Source of the DNA: Selaginella moellendorffii
Taxonomy: Eukaryota > Plantae > Lycopodiophyta
Length of the DNA: 64,000 nt
Reading direction: 5' to 3'
NCBI RefSeq assembly: GCF_000143415.4
Contig: NW_003314382.1
Location: 150,210 to 214,209, forward strand
Shown here piece after piece: positions 22,206-32,483 of the stretch. The translations under genes and the position numbers were made by a program. Below the pieces are notes generated by a model. That model saw only the letters and a list, made by a program, of their open reading frames with translations. It ran no database searches and was not told the origin of the DNA. How positions within the stretch are numbered: the first letter of the stretch is position 1; each line of letters opens with the position of its first letter.

Positions 22206-24405
22206 TTAAACGAGAGACACCGTTGTATTTGCAATGGAACTCAAGGAAGAAGGTACTAGAATCATTTCCAATATTTCTTCTAGCCTCTGAGCAACCTCAC
22301 TCATAGTTGGCCTATCCTTGCCTCTGACCTTGGTACACTCCAAACTAAGTTTCACTGCATTGTATAAAGGCTCCGGCTGTGGAGGCAGTGCCAACTTTTG
22401 ATCTAGCACGGAGTTCCACTCGCCACGTCCGACGAGATCAAGCACCCAAGCTGCCAAGTCCTGGATATTTCTCGAAGAATCAATCGGCTTCTCACCGGAG
22501 AGTAACTCTAGAAGAACCACTCCAAAGCTGTAAACATCGCTCTTGGCTGTGAGGCGGAGAGAGGAACCATACTCGGGATCCAAGTAACCGGGTGTTGTGA
22601 TGGTTGTTCCACTGGCTTGAGTTTCTTCAAGCGAGCAAAGGCCAAAATTCGAGACGTGAGCATTCCAGTTGTAGTCGAGAAGGATGTTCGATGATTTCAC
22701 GTCCCTGTGAATGATGCTTGGTGATGCATACCTGTGAAGATATTCAAGGCCTCGGGCAGCCTGTTCAGTGATTCTTATCCGGCTTACCCAGTCCAATGGT
22801 GGCGTGTTGGTATATATATTTTGAGAAAGAGTTCCTCTGGGCATGAACTCAAAGACCAAAAGCTTGTCCACCTCACAGTATCCAATCAAATTCACCAGGC
22901 ATGAGTGGTGAGCTCTCCCGAGAAGATGCAGTTCCTTCTCAAACATTTTCTCCGACCTGTTTTCATCAGTGAGAGGCATACACGGAGTTTAGAAGTTTCA
23001 ACTACCTGTTAAACAGCTTGGCTTGCTTGATAGCAACCTCCTGACCATTTTGGAGCAGTCCTTTGTAAACATTTCCAGAAGCACTCTTGCTCAAAACCAT
23101 TTCATCGCTATAGTTGTTGGTCGCCTCTCTCAGCTCTGCCGAGGAGAAATAAAGTATGTCGCTCCTGGAAAAGCTCACAATGTTAGCAAGTGTTTCTAGC
23201 TTCCTCTTCTTCATATAAGTAAAATACGAAAACGTAGCCATGACAATGAGCCCAAAAGACAACGTGATGATCAAATACAACAGCACAAGGAAGAGTTTCC
23301 TCTGGTTCTTAATATCCCCTTGATGAGAAGCCAAAGATGGCTTCCCACACACACGATCAGTGTTGATCCCACACGGAACAAGCTCAATATCATCACCAGT
23401 ACACACTGAACACTCCAAGCACACCCGATCTGTTAGCGATGGACACCCATACTTAGAAGTCTGGTATTGATCCTTGCGACACCGGCTTGAGCATATTGCC
23501 TGACTAACATGAATGCCAGTGATGTTAACTTCCCAATACTCTTCCTTGTATCCTCCCCAGCAAAGAAGTTCTACACGCCCATCCCGCGTCAAACCACAAG
23601 TATAAAAGTCGCCAGCTGAAATGGCTGTGAATGAGACATTCTTTGGAGCTCTAAGCTGATAAACATTGTTTTGTCCCCAGCACACCACTTGGTGATTATC
23701 CGCTCTAATGCCACACATATGATAGCGTCCTCCGGTTACGCTAGAGAATTGAAAAACAGATGGAGCATAAGTGTAAGAAGCATCTTCCCCCCAGCAAAGT
23801 ATATCCCTTGTGGAGCTCTCTATCCCACATATGGAGTAACCTCCCGCGAATAGAGATACAAAGGTTCCATTGCCTCGATCTGGTTGTGGTATAGCATCAG
23901 AGAGATGACCCCAACAAGTAATATTTCCATCTTGGGTCAGGCCACAGGAAAAATCTATTCCCGATGAGACTGACACGAATGGCTGGTCTGGAGATTTGTA
24001 GATGAATATACCCCAGCAGTTGATTTTACTGTCGTCACTCTGGATCGCACAACAGTGGCTCCTGCCACAATTCAAGCTTGTAAAGCTTATGTTTTCTAGA
24101 GACTGTGGCAATTCTATGTCACCCCAGCATATTGGAAACTGTGAACCATAAAGCAGCCCACATACAAACCCAGATCCTCCTGAAATAGCCAAGAGCTTCT
24201 TGTCTTTAGGTACTCCTACTGGCGATCTAAATTTTCCCAAGTATATTGGTTGTAAGGAATTTGCTTGTAAAACACAAATGGCATAATCACCTACATCTAT
24301 GTAAGGAAAGCCAGTCCACATAGAACTGATTGTGGCCATAGATCCAAAACCTATCACAGGAGAAAACTGTAGTACAATCACTATTGAAGCAAATGAAAAT
24401 CCCAT
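22206..24405 (-). CDS. CRINKLY4/ACR4-family receptor-like kinase (crinkly/RCC1-like repeats, TNFR-like Cys region, TM, kinase); one 49-nt intron at 22957-23005
   Basis: Signal peptide, repeats ..SGG..FVCGL...CWG, Cys-rich TNFR-like segment and TM helix, then [12 protein letters not shown] and GYLDPEY. The intron gtag...acag joins the two ORFs in frame (FNR|SEK). Confidence 0.88.
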
Positions 24406-24689
24406 AGAGAAATATACAAGCAGGAATTAAGAGATACATATTTGCTCAAATCATGCCATTGCGTAATAAGCTAAGTATTGACTGAAAAACCTAAATCCAG
24501 CTCATTGTAATCTGTCAATTTTAAAAAATAATTGTCGTATTTTTCTTTAGCTTTTGATATATATCACGAATGAATTAAAGTATAAACCAATTACCATATA
24601 ATATTATTTTCAGAATAACGAGAAAACATAATTACTATGTAGTCATTAAACCGTGAGCACTGTAAACTACAATTATAAATAATAGGGTT

Positions 24690-25405
24690 TTGTTAGCCCT
24701 CAGATTAAATTACAAGTTTTTAATTTTTAAAAACTATTTATGCTACTTTAATGAATCTCATATTAGACATACTAACTCTAACTTTCAAAAACTATATTCT
24801 TATGATTGAAATGTCTAGAATATTCTTGGATATTTTAGGATATTCTACCATATTTGTAATTATAATTTATAAAGATTTTTATAATTCATAAAATTTATAG
24901 TTTTTTCGTGTTAATCGTTATAAATTATAAATATGTTTATAATAATATATTCTGATTGATCACTTGAATTAATAAATAATACTAAACATGAATAACACTA
25001 CAATTAAACAAAACAAGCAATAACAAATATCTTAAATTAATTAAAATAGTTCTAGTATTCTAAATTTTTTTAATATTGATAAATGTTTGACTTTTAGTTT
25101 GCTTAAGCAAACCTGTAAGATGGTAATGGATATACCTAGAATATTCTTGGATATTCTAGGATATTCTACCATCTAACGGTTGTTATTCATTTAGATTAAT
25201 CTTGTATTTATAATTTATAATATATTCTTTTTTATTCTATCATCTAGTGGTTGATATGCAATAAGATTAATCTTGTGTTTATAAATTATAAACATGCTTA
25301 TAATTATAACCCTTTTTTGATCAATTGGATTAATAAGTAAGAATAACATTACTATTAAGCAAACCAAATATTGCTACATGCAATGCATCACAATTTATTT
25401 TAGAT
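24690..25405. repeat. AT-rich dispersed repeat (non-autonomous element, possibly Helitron-like), internally duplicated
   Basis: tagaatattcttggatatt(t/c)taggatattctaccat occurs at ~24815 and ~25137. Related blocks occur at ~49570-49770 and ~52520-52700. Confidence 0.45.
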
Positions 25406-26186
25406 ATTGTATGATTTTTTTAACAAAATAATCATATTTAACTTCATCATCCATTCTATTGAATGAATTTCTTACAGCTTGTTATTATTTTTGTTTTTGG
25501 TGTAGTGGCTTTGAATGAAGTATGTTGTTATATATGTATAAATTACTTATGGTTTTTATAGTTTTGAGGCAAGTTGTGACAGGTATTCTAAAGCTGTGAA
25601 AGGCATTACTTTAATAGTAAAATGCTATTCAGCTTAAAGTGCTTTCGAGACAAAGTAATATTCATTCATTCATTCATATACTATATACTGTTTACAAAGT
25701 CTTATAGAACCCCCAAAACCAATGGGTTCAAATATGGTGACAATCATGGCCCTTCATCATCCAATCTCGGGCTTCATCCCTTGCCCTTCATGCTTCAGTT
25801 GGTGTTGCCATGTATTAATGGAGGAACATTTACTTGTTAACAATGTCTATGATCTTTTGTCAAAAGTAAGCAGGAAAGATTACATTACTGGTATATATAA
25901 TTTTTGATTTAGACAATTATTAGAAGAGCTACCTACCAATTACAATTGATCCCAAAACACTATCTTCTTATTCGTGTAATTTCTACTCTTCTTGCTCGAT
26001 GGTGCAACTTTATCATGGTTTTCTCCTCTCCTAGAGAAGAGCATGAAAGGGGTCGTGGTTCCAGCACCCCAACTCCCTTGGCCTATACTCCAAGCCTCCA
26101 GCCGAGACTTCATCTTGCCTGCTTGTCAAAGATCACGTCCCTGCATTTGTCAAATGCTCCAATGTTGTTCTTTTACTACTTTTTGA

Positions 26187-27977
26187 TTGATGTTTAGAGA
26201 GCTTCTGGGCAGAGCGTTTAGACAGCAATCCAGGAAAAGGAAGACGGGCTCGCAAGCTCTCGAGGGCAGTGTCGCCTTCTACGCATTGTTGCTTCGATCA
26301 TGCGGAGATTCGCACAACTTGGAGCGTGGGAAGCAAGCGCACGCCTGGATTCAAGACAGCATCTACAAGAGAAACCTGTATCTCGCGAACCTGGTGATTG
26401 AGATGTATGGAAAATGTGGAAGTGTGGAGGACGCAAGAGTGGAGTTTGATCGCCTGAGCAATCCCAATGTCTTCTCGTGGACGATGATTGTATCAGCCTA
26501 TGCCCAAAACGGGTATATCGACGAAGCTCGGAAACTGTTTGAGCTGATGCCAGACAAGGATCTTGTATCGTGGAATATGATGCTGGGCGCTTACGTTTTG
26601 AGGCTCGACGTTGATGCATCTAAGGAAATGTTTGATCGGATTCCAAATCCAAACATGGTGTCTTGGAACGCAATGGTGACAGTGTATGCCCAAACCGGGC
26701 ATCTCTCAGAATCCAAGCGCGTGTTTGACGAAATGCCCGGGCAAGATCTCGTGTCGTGGAACACGATGCTTCAGGCATACGCTGATCACGCCAAGCTAGA
26801 AGAATTTCTGCTCATGTTTGCAAAGATCCCACACACAGACGCAGTCTCATGGACAGCGATGATCATCGTTCACGCGAGCTGCGTTTCAGTGGATGCTGCA
26901 AGGCGTGTTTTTGATCGAATTCCTGAGCGCGACGTAGTTGCCTGGACCGTCATGCTCCAGGTCTACAGTGACAATGCCCAGCCCCGCGAGGCCGAGAGCC
27001 TGTTTGTGAGCATGCCCGGCAAAGACGCTGTGGCGTGGAACGCCATGGTCACGGCTTATGCTAATGGCGGGGATTTGCTCAAAGTGAGAGCTCTGTTTGA
27101 TTCCATGCCAGCGAGAAATCTCACGTCCTGGAACGCTATCATTGCGGCTTTTTCCCAAGTTGGCGCTGCAGAGGACGCGATTGAAACCTTCACCAAGATG
27201 CCAAGACGAAACTCGCTATCATGGAACGCGACGATTCAAGCATTTGTCGCAAGTGGAAATTTGCAGCAGTCAGTAGTAGCGTTTCAAAAGATGCCCCAGC
27301 ATGACATCTTTTCGTGGACATGCATGGTCACTGCCTACGTCCATAGCGGGAATATGCGGGAAGCAAGACATTTGTTTCAAGTGATGCCGCTGCAAAACGT
27401 TGTGTCCTGGAACGTAATGATCGCTGGGTATGCCCGGGCTGGGGATCTTCATGAAGCTCGAGCGCTCTTTGACGAGCTCGCACCGCACAGCCGGAGCTCC
27501 TTGTCTTGGACAGCCATGGTCCACGCTTACGCCAACACAGGCCATGGCGAGCTCGCGATCCATCACTACAGACTTATGGAGCTCCAAGGCTTTGCTCCCG
27601 ACGCTGTGACAACTCTGGGGATTCTCACTGCTTGCAGCCGCGCGGGTCTCGTGGATCAAGCCAGAGACCACTTTGGAATGCTGGGGAATCCCTTGCCGGA
27701 GCACTACTACTGCATGATCGACGTGCTGGCACGAGGAGCGCACCTGGAGCAAGCGGAGGAACTCATGAACACAATGCCATTCGTCCCGGATTTGTCCGCT
27801 TGGACAACTCTGCTGGGTTCTTCCAAGACTCAGGGAGACGTTGGAAAGGGCGCCACGGCCGCCGCCCAAGCGCTCCTGCTGGATCCGGCCTCCCAGGCTC
27901 CATACTTCCTGCTGTCGAATCTGTACATAGAGCAAAACCAGTCGTTGACCAAGTCAGTGGTTGTCAACAGATGCTGA
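26187..27977 (+). CDS. PLS-class PPR protein (E, no DYW)
   Basis: 596-aa intronless ORF with YLANLVIEMYGKCGS, a long SS-like array and HYYCMIDVLARG...PYFLLSNLY end. Confidence 0.9.
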   Translation: MMFRELLGRAFRQQSRKRKTGSQALEGSVAFYALLLRSCGDSHNLERGKQAHAWIQDSIYKRNLYLANLVIEMYGKCGSVEDARVEFDRLSNPNVFSWTMIVSAYAQNGYIDEARKLFELMPDKDLVSWNMMLGAYVLRLDVDASKEMFDRIPNPNMVSWNAMVTVYAQTGHLSESKRVFDEMPGQDLVSWNTMLQAYADHAKLEEFLLMFAKIPHTDAVSWTAMIIVHASCVSVDAARRVFDRIPERDVVAWTVMLQVYSDNAQPREAESLFVSMPGKDAVAWNAMVTAYANGGDLLKVRALFDSMPARNLTSWNAIIAAFSQVGAAEDAIETFTKMPRRNSLSWNATIQAFVASGNLQQSVVAFQKMPQHDIFSWTCMVTAYVHSGNMREARHLFQVMPLQNVVSWNVMIAGYARAGDLHEARALFDELAPHSRSSLSWTAMVHAYANTGHGELAIHHYRLMELQGFAPDAVTTLGILTACSRAGLVDQARDHFGMLGNPLPEHYYCMIDVLARGAHLEQAEELMNTMPFVPDLSAWTTLLGSSKTQGDVGKGATAAAQALLLDPASQAPYFLLSNLYIEQNQSLTKSVVVNRC

Positions 27978-28639
27978 CTCTTCTAGACTAGTCAAAGCAA
28001 TCAGCACTACTTGCGGCTACACTCCAGTGTCGCTGTCAATCTTGTCGTGGTTGACAGGACTTTAGCCAGGACGGAAAAAGGACGCAATTCGATCGGATAT
28101 GGTGCCTGCCTGGATGAGAATTTGTGTGTTCTATGGTTTTTGTGCTTAAGATCATCCCTTCTTTGTAGGGCTTGTTCCTCTTTTTTCTCTTGATTTCTCT
28201 TCCTCTCGTTTGCTGCGAATCATTCAAAGTTGGCATCCGTATGCACAGGAACCTTTTTAAAAAGAAGAGTACATCTACACTCCAGCCAGCAAAATCATAC
28301 AGTCATTTTTGTTGTTGTAAGGATGGTGGCGGTGGTGGCAGTAGTGAGTGAAGCTAGCTAGCTATCAAAGTTTGTAACCTTTTGATCGATCAATTCCATA
28401 GCCGAGAAAAAAATCGATGCATTATTTCAGTCTGTGACAAGAAAAATCACCTCGGGTGGAGCCCGACGAATAAAAATACGTGGCAGATCGTGACTGGTTC
28501 TTGGGACTGGGGATCTCGTGGCCCCAAGACAGCGACTATAACTTGTTAGAGAGGGCTCTAGGCCGGAAGCCATAGCCGAGCTCGTAGTGAGTGTCTGATT
28601 TGGAAGCGCAAGAAGTTCAATCCTCCCTATCGATCGAAA

Positions 28640-29220
28640 ATGTCTTGCGGATCATGCAACTGCTGCCCGAAGTGTGGCTGCAAGGCCAGCTGCTCGTAAG
28701 TGATTGACGTCTCATTCTTGTCAAACTTCTTCCTCGATTGAGAGGAACCTTTTGTTTTCTAGCTCTTGTTTCTCTCGCTCTCTCGGATCACATCCTTGTT
28801 ACTCCTGTTCCATTCCAGGACTTCTAGTCACAATCACAAACAGAGTTTCTTAAAAGGGCAATCGAATTAACTCGAGCTGTGACTTGCAGATGCGGCAAGA
28901 GGATCGCTGATGCTGCGTTCCTGAGCACCGCCGGAGACTTCAGGTGAAACTCTCGCGAATCTCTCCATGCATCCCTCACTGAAAAGGTGATTTGCTCTCG
29001 CAGCGGTGCGAACTTTGCCGCCCCGGTTGGAGTGGCAACCTGTGACAAGTGCGCCCAAACCGGGGTTTGCACCTGCGGGAAGAACCGCGTGGAGGGCGTG
29101 GACACTTGCGACAAGTGCGCTCAAACCGGGGTTTGCACTTGCGGCAAGAACCGCACCGTGGGTACCGATACCTGCGACAAGTGCGCACAGACGGGCGTGT
29201 GCACTTGCGGCAAGAACTAA
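28640..29220 (+). CDS. Atypical metallothionein (108 aa, 20 Cys); exons 28640-28695, 28890-28943, 29004-29220
   Basis: Spliced: MSCGSCNCCPKCGCKASCSCGKRIADAAFLSTAGDFSGANFAAPVGVA-(TCDKCAQTGVCTCGKN+6-aa linker)x3. Two phase-2 GT-AG introns keep the frame. Confidence 0.8.
29038..29217 (+). repeat. 66-bp coding tandem repeat x3 within the metallothionein
   Basis: Units start at 29038, 29104 and 29170. Differences in the core are synonymous. Confidence 0.9.
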
Positions 29221-29698
29221 GGAGAAGATCGCTCATGGAATTGAAAGATTACTATGGCTATATGGAGGCGTGTGTTTGCTTGGCGTGTAGATCCTCACGC
29301 CGGCGCTAAAGCACAGGTCTTCCTCTCCTATGGTTGTAACACTTGATAATAACTTTGGTGGAAAATTTGTAGCTGTTACATGGATGGGTGATCGCTTGGC
29401 TTTGCTTGGATTTTAAGTGAGTGTCCGGTTTGCTCGTTCTTGGATAAATGCGCTATCATGGATCTTTGCTCACACTGGTTATCACTTGAGCTTCGCTCAC
29501 ACTGACGTAAAAGCTTGACTTTTAAGAAAAAGAGTGAGCGTGCACGCTCGCCATCATCTATGCTGTAGGTGGAGACGCAAGGTTAAAAAATCTAGCGTTT
29601 CTTATTAGAACTCTCCAGAAGGAAGAAAAAATTGTTTTGAGAATGTAACTTTCGTACAACCAGAAAACACCCAAACTTGATTAGTACAAACAAATCGC

Positions 29699-30250
29699 TT
29701 ACCAGTAGATGAGCTTGATCTTGAACAGGACGATGAAAGTGTCCCCATCGATCGAGTGCGTCGTGATCGTGGCGATGCCGCGAGCCATCTCAAAGTCGCC
29801 CGTCCCGCCCACGACGCTGATATCCCGCGATGGCGCCAAGATTACGTCCGCGCCCATGAAGTTGATCGTCCCGTTGTACTCGCCCGTCTCGATGAGCGCC
29901 GAGAAGAGGAGCAGAGCGTTGAACGCCACCCCGGCCTGGGTGTGGTCGTAAATGTAGACGCCCTGACCCTTTCCCACGATCTTGGAGCTCGCCAGCGACG
30001 GCCCATCCGTGAGTGAATCGTTGAAGACGATGATCTTGCCAAAGCCGAGGCCCGTGAGGTTGTGGTGTGGTCCGGCCACCTCCACCGCCGTGTCCGTCCA
30101 TGGATGGGTCTTGTTCTGGAGCGTGTCGTGCATGTAGAAGCTCACGGACGATGGGCGCTTGGGCTCCTGCGAGGCCGAGCTCACCATCACCACCACTGCC
30201 AAGACGATGAAAGGAGCAGCAAATGCCCGACGAGAATTCGATCTCTCCAT
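29699..30250 (-). CDS. Dirigent protein (DIR-a-like), intronless, secreted
   Basis: Hydrophobic signal, FYMHD, FGKIIVFNDSLT, VGKGQGVY, GTINFMGAD and RDISVVGGTGDFEMARG. Confidence 0.9.
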   Translation of the reverse strand: MERSNSRRAFAAPFIVLAVVVMVSSASQEPKRPSSVSFYMHDTLQNKTHPWTDTAVEVAGPHHNLTGLGFGKIIVFNDSLTDGPSLASSKIVGKGQGVYIYDHTQAGVAFNALLLFSALIETGEYNGTINFMGADVILAPSRDISVVGGTGDFEMARGIATITTHSIDGDTFIVLFKIKLIYW

Positions 30251-30589
30251 TTGAAGATCACGAAAGAACACAATTGGAGTAAATTAAGAACAGAAGTAGA
30301 GAGAGTTGAATCGATCACGAAAGAACAGTAGAGATATAGTCCAATCTTTCTTCCCCTTCTTCCGTTATCTATAGATCCAGCAGGCTCAAGCTTCAGGATT
30401 TTAAATCCGGGGGTGATAATGTGCGTTGGGCGGCAACACAACAGCCCTGCTGTGCAAACAAAGTCAACATGATTGCCCTGACCCTCGCTGACCAAGTCAA
30501 TCAAGGTCCCGTGCCACGCCTGCCCTAGTCAACTTTCATGGACTTGATCAGCCTTCAGCTATATCCTGAATATGCGGCCTAGGCACCCC

Positions 30590-30619
30590 GCCACGTGGCG
30601 TTCATTGGCGCGTCTTATC
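30590..30619. promoter_or_regulatory. G-box plus I-box light-responsive module upstream of rbcS
   Basis: Palindromic GCCACGTGGC at 30590-30599 and CTTATC (reverse GATAAG) at 30614-30619, about 200 bp upstream of the rbcS ATG. Confidence 0.6.
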
Positions 30620-30817
30620 GTCCTCTTGCGGTGGGCGCGCCAGCCTTCTCTCCTCTCCCTCCACTTTCTATCTGGCCCTGGAGAGGATTCCCGTGTGTGG
30701 TTCGCGGCATCCCTCTCTCCAAGTATTTATCTATACCCATCTCCCAAGAGCCCTACATTGCTCTTGGCTTTGCTCTCTCCCCCTCCCTATCTCGAGCTCC
30801 CAATCCTCTAATCCACC

Positions 30818-31543
30818 ATGGTGACGGGGGCAGCATCGTCCGCCGTGATCCCAATGGCCGCGCTCTCCACCCCGGTGGCTCCCAAGGTCCCCGGATTCAC
30901 AGGTCTCAAGGCCACCACGGCTCTCACTGCCAACAAGGGAGGACTCCAATGGAGCCAGAAGACCGTCGCCAATGGGAGCCGTGTGAGCTGCATGCTGGTG
31001 AGTAGCCTCTCTCGCGCGCGATCAATCGCTCCACATTCCCAAGCAAGAGAGAGAACTGATCTCCTCCTCCTTGATCCCCTCCCCAGACATGGACGCCTTA
31101 CAACAATCCCAGGTTTGAGACGCTGTCGTACCTCCCGGATCTCTCAGCCGACCAGATCGCCAAGGAGATCGACTACATGTTGAGGAAGGGATGGTTCCCC
31201 TGCCTGGAATTCTCCGACGTAAGCTCCTCTCGCCATCAAACTCCATTGATTTTTGGCAAGAACAAGCACTGAAATCGCGAGGATTCGGTCGAATCTCTGT
31301 CTCTCTTTCTCTTTGCAGAAAGGATACGTGTACCGCGAATGCCACAAGAGCCCGGGATGCTACGATGGCCGCTACTGGACCATGTACAAGCTCCCCATGT
31401 TTGGCTGCCAAGATTCCGCCCAGGTGTTGAGGGAGATCCAGGAGTGCAGGAGGGAGTTCCCCACTAGCTACATTCGAGTGCTGGGATTCGACAGGGTCAG
31501 GCAAGTGCAATGCGCGGGATTCATCGTCTACAAGCCAACCTAG
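30818..31543 (+). CDS. rbcS: Rubisco small subunit precursor, 3 exons
   Basis: Transit peptide (FTGLK...NGSRVSCM), [31 protein letters not shown] and YIRVLGFD. Confidence 0.97.
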
Positions 31544-32483
31544 AGCTCTAGAAGCTCCAGCTCCAGCTCCAGCGCGCGAGCCGAGCAAGCTTAATGGATC
31601 GATCGACGTCGTCTTTGTGCACACACACATGAATCTCTCCCTCCTCCCCTCCACCTCTCTAAGATAATGTTTTTGTTTCTCCTCTCCCGGGATGCAAGCA
31701 ATTACCACCACCCTGTGCAAGACGACGGGTTTCTCGAGCATTAAGAATCATATATTTGATGACAGTACTTCATCTTTCTATGCTTCTTTACGTGAGGTTT
31801 GAAATTCGAGAGTGTTCCAGACGTGGATGGATTGGGCCTGAGTGGACGAAAGAGCAGGCAGGAAATAATATATAGTTTGGCCGCTGTTTCGTTGCTAATC
31901 TGGGCTCTGGATGATTGATAACGATCGAGTGCTTTCTCTGGAATGAAAACAACTCCGGCTACAGCGCTCGTTGAATCGATTCTTGCAAGATAATGTAAAC
32001 GTTTAGATCGTTGTCGAGCTCGTTACATGGTTGACAAGCACGAGCTCTCAAAGGACGATGTTTCTGGAGCTTCTGGCAAGCCAAAACCTGTAGTAGCAAA
32101 GGTTAGATCTTTTTCCAAAAGGAAAAGAACGCTGTGGCTGTGGAGCCTGACAAGAAGGAAAAAAAGAAAAGAGACCTGGAGAGTCTTTCGGTGCGTCCAG
32201 CGGCTTTTAAACCACACCATAGGCTCGACAATCCGGCAATGTACATCGTCACTGGACCATATCCTTAGCAGGGAGTAAATCCCAGACGACCGACCTGAAA
32301 GTGTTAGCGTTAGTACTCTTGTCTCCGATGAACAAACAAAATTCGGTCTACCGGTAAGCTTTGGTGGTACAAACAAGCTAGACAAACTCGCAGGGCTCTT
32401 GAGTCGAGAGTTATCCTAGAGCAAATGCTCGCAAGAAATGAGAGAAAGAGAAAGAAAAGCTCGTACCTGTGTCAAAAATGATA

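Noticed and set aside
22206-24405. Apparent split or pseudogene of the CR4-like kinase (two ORFs)
   Set aside because: A 49-nt GT-AG intron joins them in frame.
29038-29217. Regularly spaced repeats resembling a CRISPR array
   Set aside because: Eukaryotic context. The repeats are in-frame coding units with synonymous variation and related linkers.
31800-32480. Minus-strand exon-like segments downstream of the P-class PPR
   Set aside because: Splice-like signals are present, but I could not build a convincing protein or assign a family. May be 3' UTR or extra exons.
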